Shown: positions 1 through 13,433 of the stretch, piece by piece | Position numbering within the stretch: position 1 is the first letter of the stretch | Layout: each line of letters begins with the position of its first letter | Source of the DNA: Candidatus Methylomirabilota bacterium | GTDB taxonomy: Bacteria; Methylomirabilota; Methylomirabilia; Rokubacteriales; CSP1-6 | Direction of reading: 5' to 3' | DNA length: 23,410 nucleotides | Assembly: GCA_046726415.1 (NCBI GenBank) | Contig: JBKPAK010000026.1 | Coordinates: forward strand, 1 to 23,410 | The notes under the pieces: model-generated | What the model was told of the DNA's origin: nothing | The model's input: only the letters and a program-made list of their open reading frames with translations | Databases searched by the model: none | Made by a program: the position numbers and the translations under genes

Positions 1-1
1 C

Positions 2-457
2 CGCTCCGAGGCGGCCGACCGCCTGGGCCATGCTTCGGCGGAGGTCGGCGTGCTCTTCCTCGCCATCACGATCGTGTCCGGATCCATCTGGGGCAAACCC
101 ACCTGGGGCACCTGGTGGACATGGGACGCTCGCCTGACCACCGTGACGATCCTCTTCGTGATCGGACTGGGGTATCTCCTCCTGCGCGGGATGATCGAGG
201 ACAGCGAGCGCGCGGCGCGCTACGCGGCCGTGCTCGGCATCGTGGCGGCCCTGAACGTCCCCCTCGTGCACTTCTCCGTCTATTGGTGGCGGACTCTCCA
301 TCAGCCGCCCTCGCTCCTCAAGCCGGGACCGGTCGCGATGTCGTCCAGCATTCTCCTCGCGCTTCTCGTGAACATGGCGGCGTTCGGCGTTCTGTACACC
401 TACTTCGTGGCCAAACGGGTAACCCTGCTGCGCCGCCAGGCAGAGGCCCTCGCCTGA
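2..457 (+). CDS. ccmC: Heme exporter/cytochrome c biogenesis protein CcmC (5' truncated by window edge)
   Basis: WWD motif WGKPTWGTWWTWDARLT, VHFSVYWWRTLHQ; frame open from base 2; first gene of ccm run. Confidence 0.95.
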   Translation, partial: RSEAADRLGHASAEVGVLFLAITIVSGSIWGKPTWGTWWTWDARLTTVTILFVIGLGYLLLRGMIEDSERAARYAAVLGIVAALNVPLVHFSVYWWRTLHQPPSLLKPGPVAMSSSILLALLVNMAAFGVLYTYFVAKRVTLLRRQAEALA

Positions 458-636
458 TGCCCGACAACTGGGGATACGTCGTCGCCGCCTACGTTCTCAC
501 CGCGGCAATGCTGGCCGGATACTGGCGCCACTTGGTGCGGCGCGCCGCGGCTCTCGCCGCGCCGCGGCCGCCGCGGCGACGGCATCCGGGCGAGAAGATC
601 TGGCCGGCGCCGGGCTCGCCACCGGCACGTCCATGA
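457..636 (+). CDS. ccmD: Heme exporter protein CcmD (small single-TM protein)
   Basis: ATG at 457 overlaps ccmC TGA; MPDNWGYVVAAYVLTAAMLAGYW hydrophobic N-terminus followed by basic tail; located between ccmC and ccmE. Confidence 0.8.
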   Translation: MPDNWGYVVAAYVLTAAMLAGYWRHLVRRAAALAAPRPPRRRHPGEKIWPAPGSPPARP

Positions 637-1073
637 GGCGGCACCGCAAGTTCCTGGTGGGCGGCGCGATCATCGCACTCGCCCTCGGCTACCTCATCTA
701 TGCAGGCGTGACCCAATCCGCCGTTTACTTCGTCACCCCGGCCGAGCTGCGCGCGGGCCCGGTGGCCGGCAAAGCGTATCGGCTGGGGGGCATGGTGGCC
801 CCCGGGACCCTCGCGTGGGAGCCGCGGACGCTGGCTCTGAACTTCTCCCTCTCGGACGGCAAAGCCACCGTGCCGGTCCGCCACCGCGGCACGCCACCCG
901 ACCTGTTCGGGGAGGGCCGCGGTGCCGTCGTGGAGGGACGGTGGAACAAAGAGGGCTACTTCGAGGCGACCTTGATTCTGGCCAAGCACTCCGAGGAGTA
1001 CAAGGCGCCGCATGACCAGTCGGAAGCCGGCTACAAGGAGCTGCTCAAGACGTTGAAGGGAGCCCAGCCATGA
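633..1073 (+). CDS. ccmE: Heme chaperone CcmE
   Basis: N-terminal TM, YFVTP, RLGGMV, PDLFGEG, heme-binding HxxxY (AKHSEEY). Confidence 0.95.
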   Translation: MRRHRKFLVGGAIIALALGYLIYAGVTQSAVYFVTPAELRAGPVAGKAYRLGGMVAPGTLAWEPRTLALNFSLSDGKATVPVRHRGTPPDLFGEGRGAVVEGRWNKEGYFEATLILAKHSEEYKAPHDQSEAGYKELLKTLKGAQP

Positions 1074-3016
1074 CGGTGGAGATCGGCGCCGGCACCATCG
1101 TCGTGGCCCTGCTCCTGGCGCTGTACGGAAGCGGGGCCGCCGCGGCCGGAGCCCTCACCGGCAGGACGAATTTGGTGGTCTCGGCCCAGCACGCGGCGCT
1201 CGGCGTATTCCTGCTGGTCACGGGCGCCCTCGCGCTCCTGATCCACGCCTTCCTGCGCTTCGATTTCTCCATCCGATATGTCGCCACGAACACCAACCTC
1301 GGCACGCCCTTCTACTACCGCATCACCGCGGTGTGGGGCGCGCTGGAGGGGTCGATCGTCCTGTGGGCGTGGATGCTCGCACTCTACACGTTGATTGTGA
1401 TGATGCGCCATCGGCACAACGCCCGGGAGCTCTACCCCTGGGTTCTCACCGTCATGCTGGCCGTGCTCGCGTTCTTCTTGCTGGTGATGACGGGCCCCGC
1501 GCCGGTCTTCCAGCGGCTGAGCCCGGTGCCGCCCGACGGGCGGGGCCTGAATCCGCTCCTCGAGGACACCGGGATGATCACCCACCCGGTCTGCCTCTAC
1601 CTCGGCTTCACGGGGTTCACCGTGCCCTTCGCCTTCGCCGTCGCGGCCCTGGCCACTGGCCGCGTGGGCGACATGTGGATCACGCTGACGCGACGGTGGA
1701 CGCTGATCGCCTGGTACTTCCTCTCGCTCGGTTTGCTGATCGGCGGCTGGTGGAGCTACCACGTCCTGGGCTGGGGCGGTTACTGGGCCTGGGATCCCGT
1801 GGAGAACGCGGCCTTCATGCCCTGGCTGACGGGCACGGCCTTCTTGCACTCGGTGATGATCCAGGAGCGCCGCCGGATGCTGAAGCTCTGGAACATCTCC
1901 CTTGTCGTGCTGACGTTCAGCCTCACCCTTTTCGGGACGTTCCTCACCCGCTCCGGCATCATCGCGTCGGTCCACGCCTTCACCCAGGGTGCGATCGGGG
2001 CCTTCTTTCTGGCCTTCCTGGCCCTCGTCGTGTTGACGTCGTTTGCCCTGATCGCGTGGCGCTGGGATGACCTCCGGGCCCAGGGCGTGCTGGACTCGGT
2101 GGTCTCGCGCGAGTCGGCCTTCCTGCTCAACAACGTGTTCCTCGTGGCGGCGGCCTTCACCGTATTCTTCGGCACGGTCTTTCCTCTGCTCTCGGAGGCG
2201 CTGCGGGGCGAGAAGGTCAGCGTGGGTGCGCCCTTCTTCAACCTGGTCAACGTACCGCTGTTTCTCGCCCTCATTTTCCTGATGGGCGTGGGTCCTCTCA
2301 TCGCGTGGCGCCGGGCGTCGCTGCACAATCTCAAGCGCAGCTTCCTGGCCCCCGTGCTGGTGGGAATGGGGGCGGCTGGCTTCTTTCGCCTGTTGGGCAC
2401 CGCATCCGCGCTCACCGTGCTGACCCTCGCCCTGACGGCGTTCACCGCTGCTGCCGTGGGAGTGGACTTTGTCCGGGCCGTCCGGGCCCGCCTCCGCATG
2501 GGCGAGCGAGTTCTCCCCGCCGCCGGAGGGCTGCTCGTCCGTCACAATCGGCGCTACGGCGGCTTCGTCATTCACGTCGGGATCCTGATCGTCGCGCTTG
2601 GGGTGATGGGCTCGCACGCCTGGTCGGTGCAGACGGAGACCACGCTCAAGCGAGGCGAGGCCGCCGAGCTGGCCGGCTACAAGGTTCGCTTCGATGGACT
2701 CGCCGCGCGGGAGGAGTCCAACCACTTCAAGGTGGTGGGGACCTTTACCGTCTCCGACGGCAAGCCCGACTTCGCCGTGCTTCGCCCCGCCAAGAAGTTC
2801 TACCCGCAGGAGCAGAGCCCCATCGCCGGCGTCGACTATCGACTCGGCTTGAAGGAGGACGTGTACCTCGTCCTGGGTGACTTTGCGCGCGATGGTTCCC
2901 ACGCCACGATCAAGCTCCAGATCAACCGCTTGGTGAGCTGGATCTGGATCGGCGGCCTCATCCTCACGCTCGGCACCGCTCTGGCCCTGGTTCCCGACCG
3001 CCGGAGACCGGCGTGA
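1070..3016 (+). CDS. ccmF: Heme lyase CcmF
   Basis: WGGYWAWDPVEN WWD domain, GLNPLL, conserved His (ITHP, FLHS, SVHAF, IHVG); ATGA overlap with ccmE. Confidence 0.97.
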   Translation: MTVEIGAGTIVVALLLALYGSGAAAAGALTGRTNLVVSAQHAALGVFLLVTGALALLIHAFLRFDFSIRYVATNTNLGTPFYYRITAVWGALEGSIVLWAWMLALYTLIVMMRHRHNARELYPWVLTVMLAVLAFFLLVMTGPAPVFQRLSPVPPDGRGLNPLLEDTGMITHPVCLYLGFTGFTVPFAFAVAALATGRVGDMWITLTRRWTLIAWYFLSLGLLIGGWWSYHVLGWGGYWAWDPVENAAFMPWLTGTAFLHSVMIQERRRMLKLWNISLVVLTFSLTLFGTFLTRSGIIASVHAFTQGAIGAFFLAFLALVVLTSFALIAWRWDDLRAQGVLDSVVSRESAFLLNNVFLVAAAFTVFFGTVFPLLSEALRGEKVSVGAPFFNLVNVPLFLALIFLMGVGPLIAWRRASLHNLKRSFLAPVLVGMGAAGFFRLLGTASALTVLTLALTAFTAAAVGVDFVRAVRARLRMGERVLPAAGGLLVRHNRRYGGFVIHVGILIVALGVMGSHAWSVQTETTLKRGEAAELAGYKVRFDGLAAREESNHFKVVGTFTVSDGKPDFAVLRPAKKFYPQEQSPIAGVDYRLGLKEDVYLVLGDFARDGSHATIKLQINRLVSWIWIGGLILTLGTALALVPDRRRPA

Positions 3017-3038
3017 GGTCCGAGCGCCGGCCACTGGC

Positions 3039-3569
3039 ATGAAGCGCGCCTGGCGCTGGCTCATCCCTCTCTCCTCGATCCCCGTGTTGGCCCTGCTCGC
3101 CTATGGCTTCAAGCTGAGTCCCCGTGACATCCCCTCGCCCCTGGTGGGGCGGCCGGCCGCCGCGTTCACGCTCACCGCCTTCGATGGGCAGACGGTGTCG
3201 CTGGAGGCGCTGCGCGGACGCGTCGTCCTCGTCAACTTCTGGGCCTCGTGGTGTTACCCCGCCTGTTACGACGAAGCGCCCGCGCTCGAACGAGTCTGGC
3301 GCGTGTACCGCGATCGCGGGGTGACCTTCGTCGGCGTCGACATCCAGGACAAGCGGGAACCGGCAACGAAATTCATTCGCGACTTCGGGCTCACCTTCCC
3401 CAATGCACCCGACCCGACCGGCAAGGTGTCGGTGGACTACGGCGTCTACGGCGTCCCCGAGACATTTTTCATCGATCGCCACGGGAGGATCCGCGCCAAG
3501 CACGTGGGGGCGCTGACCGACCAGGCCATTCGCGAGAAGCTCGAGCGCTTGCTCGCCGAGCCATCCTGA
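3039..3569 (+). CDS. ccmG: CcmG/DsbE-type membrane-anchored thioredoxin (TlpA family) with CxxxC variant site
   Basis: N-terminal TM, IPSPLVG, VNFWASWCYPAC, YGVYGVPETFFID; position after ccmF. Confidence 0.88.
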   Translation: MKRAWRWLIPLSSIPVLALLAYGFKLSPRDIPSPLVGRPAAAFTLTAFDGQTVSLEALRGRVVLVNFWASWCYPACYDEAPALERVWRVYRDRGVTFVGVDIQDKREPATKFIRDFGLTFPNAPDPTGKVSVDYGVYGVPETFFIDRHGRIRAKHVGALTDQAIREKLERLLAEPS

Positions 3570-3570
3570 C

Positions 3571-4701
3571 GTGCGCGTGGTGCGGCTGCTCGTCATCGTG
3601 GGCCTGACCGTAGCGGCCCTCTACGCCTCGGGAGTAATCACCGTCAACATCGACGTCAACGTGCCTCGCCTGGGCGGCCAGCGGGCGACCGCCACACCCT
3701 TCTGGCAGGAGAAGAGGGCGGAGCCGCTGCCCGAGGGCCTGGCGTTCTGGGTCCACCTGGCGCGCGCGGTCAGGCCCGCCGTCGTCAACGTGAGCACCGC
3801 CCAGCGGACGCAGCGTCTTCCCGGCGGCGAGGAGTTCTTCCGCCGCTTCTTCGAGCGCGATCAGACGCGACCGCGCATGGCACTTGGCTCGGGCTTCATC
3901 GTCTCCTCCGACGGCTACGCGGTCACCAACGCTCACGTCATCGGGAACGCCGCCGAGGTCCTGGTGCGCCTCGCCGACCAGAGCGAGCACCCCGCGCAGC
4001 TGATCGGCACCGACCCGAAGACCGATATCGCCCTCCTCAAGATCGAGGCGAGCGGCTTGACGGTGATTCCCTTCGGGGACTCCGACCGTCTGGAAGTGGG
4101 CGAGCCCGTCATGGCCATCGGCAATCCCTTCGGCCTCGATCAGACGGTCACCACGGGCATCGTGAGCGCCAAGGAGCGGTTCATTGGAAGCGGACCCTAC
4201 GACGACTTCATCCAGACCGACGCCTCGGTGAATCCCGGCAACTCCGGCGGCCCACTCGTCGACGCCCGGGGCGCCCTGGTGGGCATCAACACGGCGATCT
4301 TCTCGGAGAGCGGCGGATCGATCGGGATCGGCTTCGCCATCCCCGTGAACCTCGCCAAGCAAGTGCTCCCGCAGCTGCGCGCCAAGGGACGGGTGACGCG
4401 GGGCTACCTCGGCGTCTCGGTGGGGCCGGTGAGTCCGGACGTCGCCAAGACCCTGGGCCTCGGAGTGCGGCGCGGGGCGTTGGTGGCCGAAGTGGTGCCG
4501 CGCTCCCCGGCCGCGCTGGCGGGGATCCAGCGCGGCGACGTCATCGTGGGGTTCCAGGACGCGGAGATCCAGAGCCCGCACGAGTTGACCCGCCGGGTGG
4601 CCGGCGCGGCTCCGGGCTCGCGTATCACCTTGTCCATCGTCACGCCGAGTGGGCCGCGCTCGCTCACCATTGCGCTGGTCGAGCTCAAGGACCGGCCGTG
4701 A
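3571..4701 (+). CDS. HtrA/DegP-family serine protease, N-terminal anchor plus one PDZ domain
   Basis: GSGFI, TNAHV (His), TDIALL (Asp), IQTDASVNPGNSGG (Ser), GYLGV PDZ. Confidence 0.95.
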   Translation: MRVVRLLVIVGLTVAALYASGVITVNIDVNVPRLGGQRATATPFWQEKRAEPLPEGLAFWVHLARAVRPAVVNVSTAQRTQRLPGGEEFFRRFFERDQTRPRMALGSGFIVSSDGYAVTNAHVIGNAAEVLVRLADQSEHPAQLIGTDPKTDIALLKIEASGLTVIPFGDSDRLEVGEPVMAIGNPFGLDQTVTTGIVSAKERFIGSGPYDDFIQTDASVNPGNSGGPLVDARGALVGINTAIFSESGGSIGIGFAIPVNLAKQVLPQLRAKGRVTRGYLGVSVGPVSPDVAKTLGLGVRRGALVAEVVPRSPAALAGIQRGDVIVGFQDAEIQSPHELTRRVAGAAPGSRITLSIVTPSGPRSLTIALVELKDRP

Positions 4702-5186
4702 CCCGACGCGTGCTCCTGGTTGTCCTGTTTGCCGCCAGTGTGGGGATCGGGGGGCGTGCCTGGGGGCCGGTGGCGGCCCAGCACCCGGCCGTGCACGTGG
4801 ACGAACGCGCGGTCTACGAAGTCGCCGCTGAGCTTCGCTGCGTGGTGTGCCAGAACCTGTCGGTGGCCGATTCGCCCTCGGAAATGGCCACCCAGATGCG
4901 CGCCATCGTGCGCGAACGCCTGGCCGCGGGTGACACACCGGAACAGGTCCTCCAGTACTTCGTCGAAAAGTACGGCGAGTGGATCCTGCTGTCTCCGCGC
5001 CGGCGGGGTTTCACGCTCCTCGTCTGGCTGGCTCCGCTGGTGGCGGTGGTGATAGGGCTGGGCCTCGTCATCGTGCTCCTGCGTCGCTGGACCCGCGCCG
5101 CCGCCCGTCGCGCTCCGGCGACCCCACGCGCGGTGGACGCCGCCATGAGCGAGCGGATACGACGAGAGATGGAGGTCGAGCCCTGA
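4698..5186 (+). CDS. ccmH: Cytochrome c biogenesis protein CcmH
   Basis: LRCVVCQN..ADSPS, YFVEKYGEWILLSP, C-terminal TM; GTGA overlap with protease stop. Confidence 0.93.
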   Translation: MTRRVLLVVLFAASVGIGGRAWGPVAAQHPAVHVDERAVYEVAAELRCVVCQNLSVADSPSEMATQMRAIVRERLAAGDTPEQVLQYFVEKYGEWILLSPRRRGFTLLVWLAPLVAVVIGLGLVIVLLRRWTRAAARRAPATPRAVDAAMSERIRREMEVEP

Positions 5187-6100
5187 GCGGAATCGTCGTG
5201 GCTGCCCTCGTCATCGGGGCACCTCTCTTTCTGTTCGCGCTCTGGCCGCTCCTGGCGCGCGGCGGCGGCACCCTCCTGCCCTTGCCCGCGGACGCCCGCG
5301 AACCGCTTCTCGAGCGCAAGCGGACGATCCTCCACGCCCTGCGCGAGCTGGCCTTCGAGCACGGCTCCGGCCACATCGCCGCTGACGACTACGCAGAGCT
5401 GCGCGCACGCCACGAAGCCGAGGCGGCCGAGATCCTCACGGAGTTGGACCGCCTGGGACCGGCTCCTGCCTCCGCGATGCCGGCGCCGGAAGCAACGGCG
5501 ACGGCGCCGCGCGGTTGGCGTCATCCGGCGGCCGTGGCCGTGGGTGCCGTGGCACTTCTGGTCTTCGGGATCGCGCTTGGCGCCGGAGTCGTGCGCTACA
5601 CGACGCCCGAGCCTGGACCCGCCACCCCGGCTGCGGGCTCGCGCCCGCTGGCGCCTCCCCTCGGAGCGGGTGAGACGGCGCCGGCAGCCGTGCCCGGCCG
5701 CGCCTCGGAGAAGCTCAGCCCGGAGGTACTGCAAGGCATGCTTCAGGCCGCGCGCGGAAGTCTGTTCGAGGGACGCTATGCCGAGGCGATTGCCGCCTAC
5801 CAGGCGGTGCTCAAGCGCGACCCGAAGAACGTCGACGCGATGACGCATCTGGGCTTGATCGTCGCCCTCGGGGGCCATGCCGACCAGGCGCTCGAGACGC
5901 TCGACCGCGCCCTCGCCCTTGATCCGAACTATCCGCCCGCCCTGCTCTACAAGGGCCAGATCCTTCTCGAGTCCAAGCGCGATCCCAAGGCCGCCATCGC
6001 GTCGTGGGAGAAGTTCGTGGCCGTCGTTCCTCCCGGCGAGGAGCGCGATCGCGTGGCCACGCTGATCGCGGAGGCCAAGACGCGCCCCGCTGCGCGCTGA
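5183..6100 (+). CDS. CcmI/CycH-like TPR membrane protein (apocytochrome chaperone); probable CTG start
   Basis: TM ending LWPLL, LRELAFE..G.I...DY..LR motif, second TM, C-terminal TPRs; CTG at 5183 overlaps ccmH TGA with GGAGG at 5171-5175. Confidence 0.8.
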   Translation: MSGIVVAALVIGAPLFLFALWPLLARGGGTLLPLPADAREPLLERKRTILHALRELAFEHGSGHIAADDYAELRARHEAEAAEILTELDRLGPAPASAMPAPEATATAPRGWRHPAAVAVGAVALLVFGIALGAGVVRYTTPEPGPATPAAGSRPLAPPLGAGETAPAAVPGRASEKLSPEVLQGMLQAARGSLFEGRYAEAIAAYQAVLKRDPKNVDAMTHLGLIVALGGHADQALETLDRALALDPNYPPALLYKGQILLESKRDPKAAIASWEKFVAVVPPGEERDRVATLIAEAKTRPAAR

Positions 6101-6110
6101 AGCTGACCAA

Positions 6111-6821
6111 CTAGTCCGCGAGGTACACCCAGATCTTCGCGGCAGCTGGCAGCCCGAGGGCGATGGTGCGGCCGTCTCCCGAGGCGGTGATCGTCCCCGC
6201 CCACGGGGCCACTTCCGTGATCTGCAGACGGCGGCCGGGACGCACCTCGTTCCTCCAGAGGTACTCGAGAAGGTTCTTGTCGGCCTCGGCCTCCTCCGTG
6301 ATCCGCTCGACGACGACGGTCTTCCCCTCCTTGGCCTGATTGAGCGGGAACACCTCGACGCGGGAGGGCTCGGACATCCCGGGAATGGGGTTGCCATGTG
6401 GGCATGTACTCGGCATGCCGAGTAGCTCGGCCAGGCGGTCCTCGACGCGGGGGGAGAGCGCGTGCTCCAGACGGTGCGCTTCCTCGTGGGCGTCCGTCCA
6501 GTTCATCCCGAGGGTGTCGGTCAGCCAGCGCTCGAGCAGCCGGTGCCGACGCGCCATGGCCTCTGCCACGTCGCGTCCCTTCGCGGTGAGGAACAGTTCT
6601 TTGCCCGCCCCCACGCGCACGTACCCTCCGCGCGTGAGGCGCTGCATCGACTCGGTCACCGCGGGCGCGGAGATGGCGAGGTGTTTGGCCAGGCGGGCGG
6701 CGATGACCGGCTTGCCGCTTCCCGCGAGATCGTAGATGGCGGCGAGGTAGTCCTGCACCGAGGCGGTGGCGTTCATGGAGGCCGCCCGACTTCGGGATTT
6801 TAGGCTTGACACCTTCTTCAT
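6111..6821 (-). CDS. DtxR/MntR-family metal-dependent repressor with C-terminal FeoA/SH3-like domain (alternative start 6776)
   Basis: QDYLAAIY, HTH (LAISAPAVTE), RRHRLLERWL, AHEEAHRLEH, CPHGNPIPG. Confidence 0.95.
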   Translation of the reverse strand: MKKVSSLKSRSRAASMNATASVQDYLAAIYDLAGSGKPVIAARLAKHLAISAPAVTESMQRLTRGGYVRVGAGKELFLTAKGRDVAEAMARRHRLLERWLTDTLGMNWTDAHEEAHRLEHALSPRVEDRLAELLGMPSTCPHGNPIPGMSEPSRVEVFPLNQAKEGKTVVVERITEEAEADKNLLEYLWRNEVRPGRRLQITEVAPWAGTITASGDGRTIALGLPAAAKIWVYLAD

Positions 6822-6833
6822 ATTAAGTATACC
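6806..6833 (+). promoter_or_regulatory. Putative sigma70-type promoter for the Fe3+ ABC genes
   Basis: Perfect TTGACA at 6806-6811; weak -10 candidate TATACC at 6828-6833 in an AT-rich island. Confidence 0.5.
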
Positions 6834-6837
6834 TAAT
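6822..6837. promoter_or_regulatory. DtxR/SirR-type operator palindrome ATTAAGTATACCTAAT
   Basis: Near-perfect 16-bp inverted repeat; minus strand core TTAGGTATACTTAA resembles the SirR/MntR box TTAGGTTAACCTAA; lies between the regulator and the transporter. Confidence 0.75.
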
Positions 6838-6859
6838 CATTGAGGCGCGATCTCGCTCC

Positions 6860-6889
6860 AGTATAGTCCAGTCGTTCCCGCGCGGGCAA
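6860..6889 (-). promoter_or_regulatory. Putative promoter of the DtxR-family gene
   Basis: Minus strand TTGCCC (6889-6884), 18-nt spacer, TATACT (6865-6860). Confidence 0.45.
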
Positions 6890-6968
6890 CGAGAACGGCT
6901 GCACGCGGCTACTCCAGCACTAGGGACCACTGACCATGCGCATCACGCACGTGAAGGGACCGGTGACT

Positions 6969-7984
6969 ATGCGCACGACACACCGAGCGCTCGGCATCGC
7001 TGTGGCGGCCGTGGCCTGGGCGGCCATCGGGCTGCTTGGGAAGACTGCTCCGGCGGCGGCTCCCGAGGTCGTCGTTTACTCCGCGCGGCACTACGGTCAG
7101 GAGCCAGCTTTCCAGGCGTTCACCCGGAAGACGGGAATCGAGATCAAGATCCTCAACGGCAATACCGGCGAAATGTTCGAACGCCTCAAGGCAGAGGCCG
7201 ATAAGACGCCCGCCGACATCCTCATCACGGTGGATGCCGGGAATCTCTGGAACACGGCTCGGGCCGGCCTGCTCTCCAAAGTGGACTCTCCGGAGCTGAC
7301 CGCTAACATCCCCGCCCACCTCCGCGACCCGGACAGTCGCTGGTTCGGGCTCACCGTGCGAGCGCGGACCATCGTGTACAACACCAGCAAGGTCAAGCCG
7401 TCCGAGTTGTCGACCTATGAGGCGCTGGGCGACCCGAGGTGGAAGGGACGGCTCTGCCTCCGGCCGTCGGGGTACATCTACAATCAGTCCATGATCGCCA
7501 CCATGATCAAGCGGCATGGCGAACCGCGCACCGAGGACATCGTGAGAGGCTGGGCGGCCAACCAGCCGATCCTCATCAACGGCGATACCAAGATCCTCGA
7601 AGCCATCGCGGCCGGCCAGTGCGACGTCGGCGTCACCAACCACTATTACCTGGCGCGCATCGTGGCCAAGGATCCCGCGTTCCCGGTGGCGCCCTTCTGG
7701 GCCAACCAGACCACCACCGGAACCCACGTGAACGTGTCGGGAGCCGGGGTCACCGCGCATGCCAAGAACCACGCGAACGCCATCAAGTTCCTCGAGTTCC
7801 TCTCGAGCCCGGAAGCGCAGCAGATGTTCGCCGACGTTTCCATGGAGTACCCGGCGAACCCGCAGGCTTCGGTGAACCCGATCGTGGCCAAGTGGGGCAA
7901 GTTCAAGCAGGAGGACATCAACGTCGCGTCCGCCGGAGAATTCCAGGCCGCGGCCACCAGGCTCGCGGACCGGGCAGGCTACAA

Positions 7985-7988
<4 letters not shown>
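6969..7988 (+). CDS. Fe3+ ABC transporter substrate-binding protein, FutA/FbpA type (alternative start 6936)
   Basis: Signal peptide; YSARHY, PADILITVDAGNL, WFGLTVRAR, YIYNQS, NHYY tandem Tyr ligands; GAAGGGA upstream of ATG 6969. Confidence 0.93.
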
Positions 7989-12680
<4,692 letters not shown>

Positions 12681-12755
12681 GGACGACCGCGGCCAGCCGT
12701 GCCTCAGCGCCCGCCGCAGAACCGGACGCCGGCCATACCAGGCAAGGAGGACACC

Positions 12756-13433
12756 GTGATCGACGCCCTGCGCAAGATTTCCAGCCCCAGCGTGGCCAAC
12801 GCCATCGAGACCTTCAAGGTGCGCCCGCGCCACCAGGGACAGATGTCGTCGGAGATCAAGACACTGTTTCCCGAGATGGGTCCGCTGGTCGGCTATGCCG
12901 TCCCCGCCATCATCCGGGCCGAACCCCAGCCGATAGAGGGCCATCGCGCCAGCACCTACGGGTGGTGGGACTATGTGCTCTCCATCCCCGAGCCCCGGGT
13001 GGTGGTCGTCCACGACCTCGATGAGCCGCGCGGCCAAGGCGCCCAGTGGGGCGAGGTGCAGGCCAACATTCACAAGGCCCTCGGCTGTGCCGGCGTCATC
13101 ACCGACGGCTCCGTCCGGGACCTGGACGAGGTGCGTGGCCTCGGCTTCCAGTTCGCCGCGGCCCACGTGTCGGTCTCGCATGCCTACGTCCACATGGTGG
13201 ACTTCGGGCTCCCCGTGAAGGTCGGCGGCCTCTGGGTGAAGCCCGGAGACCTCTTGCACGCCGACCATCACGGGGTGGTGTCGATTCCCTCCGACATCGC
13301 CAAGGGGATCCCGGAGGCGGTGGCCCGCATCGAGGCCGACGAGCGAAGGATCATCGGCGTCTGCCAGGCCCCCGACTTCTCCCCAGATAAGCTCAAGGCG
13401 CTCTACGCGCAGATCCGTCCCGGCACCTACTAG
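12756..13433 (+). CDS. RraA / HMG-CHA aldolase family protein (alternative start 12699)
   Basis: VANAIE, GAQWGEV, GVITDGSVRDLDE, VKPGDLLHADHHGVV; AAGGAGG upstream of GTG 12756. Confidence 0.88.
   Translation: MIDALRKISSPSVANAIETFKVRPRHQGQMSSEIKTLFPEMGPLVGYAVPAIIRAEPQPIEGHRASTYGWWDYVLSIPEPRVVVVHDLDEPRGQGAQWGEVQANIHKALGCAGVITDGSVRDLDEVRGLGFQFAAAHVSVSHAYVHMVDFGLPVKVGGLWVKPGDLLHADHHGVVSIPSDIAKGIPEAVARIEADERRIIGVCQAPDFSPDKLKALYAQIRPGTY

Noticed and set aside
985-1002. Variant (CxxxY) CcmE of System I*
   Set aside because: The motif is canonical HxxxY (HSEEY) and ccmG/ccmH are present
1031-3064. 677-aa antisense ORF over ccmF, and similar long antisense ORFs (4814-6397, 9223-11346, 16236-17522, 17482-18702, 22371-23378)
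   Set aside because: Shadow frames of well-supported genes in high-GC DNA; no recognisable motifs
7439-7984. Long N-terminal extensions of the ORF track calls (permease from 7439, ligA from 8647, hydrolase from 16298, monooxygenase from 16819, ccmI from 4979)
   Set aside because: They overlap other real genes out of frame and read as low-complexity Arg/Gly/Pro; family homology begins at the downstream starts given
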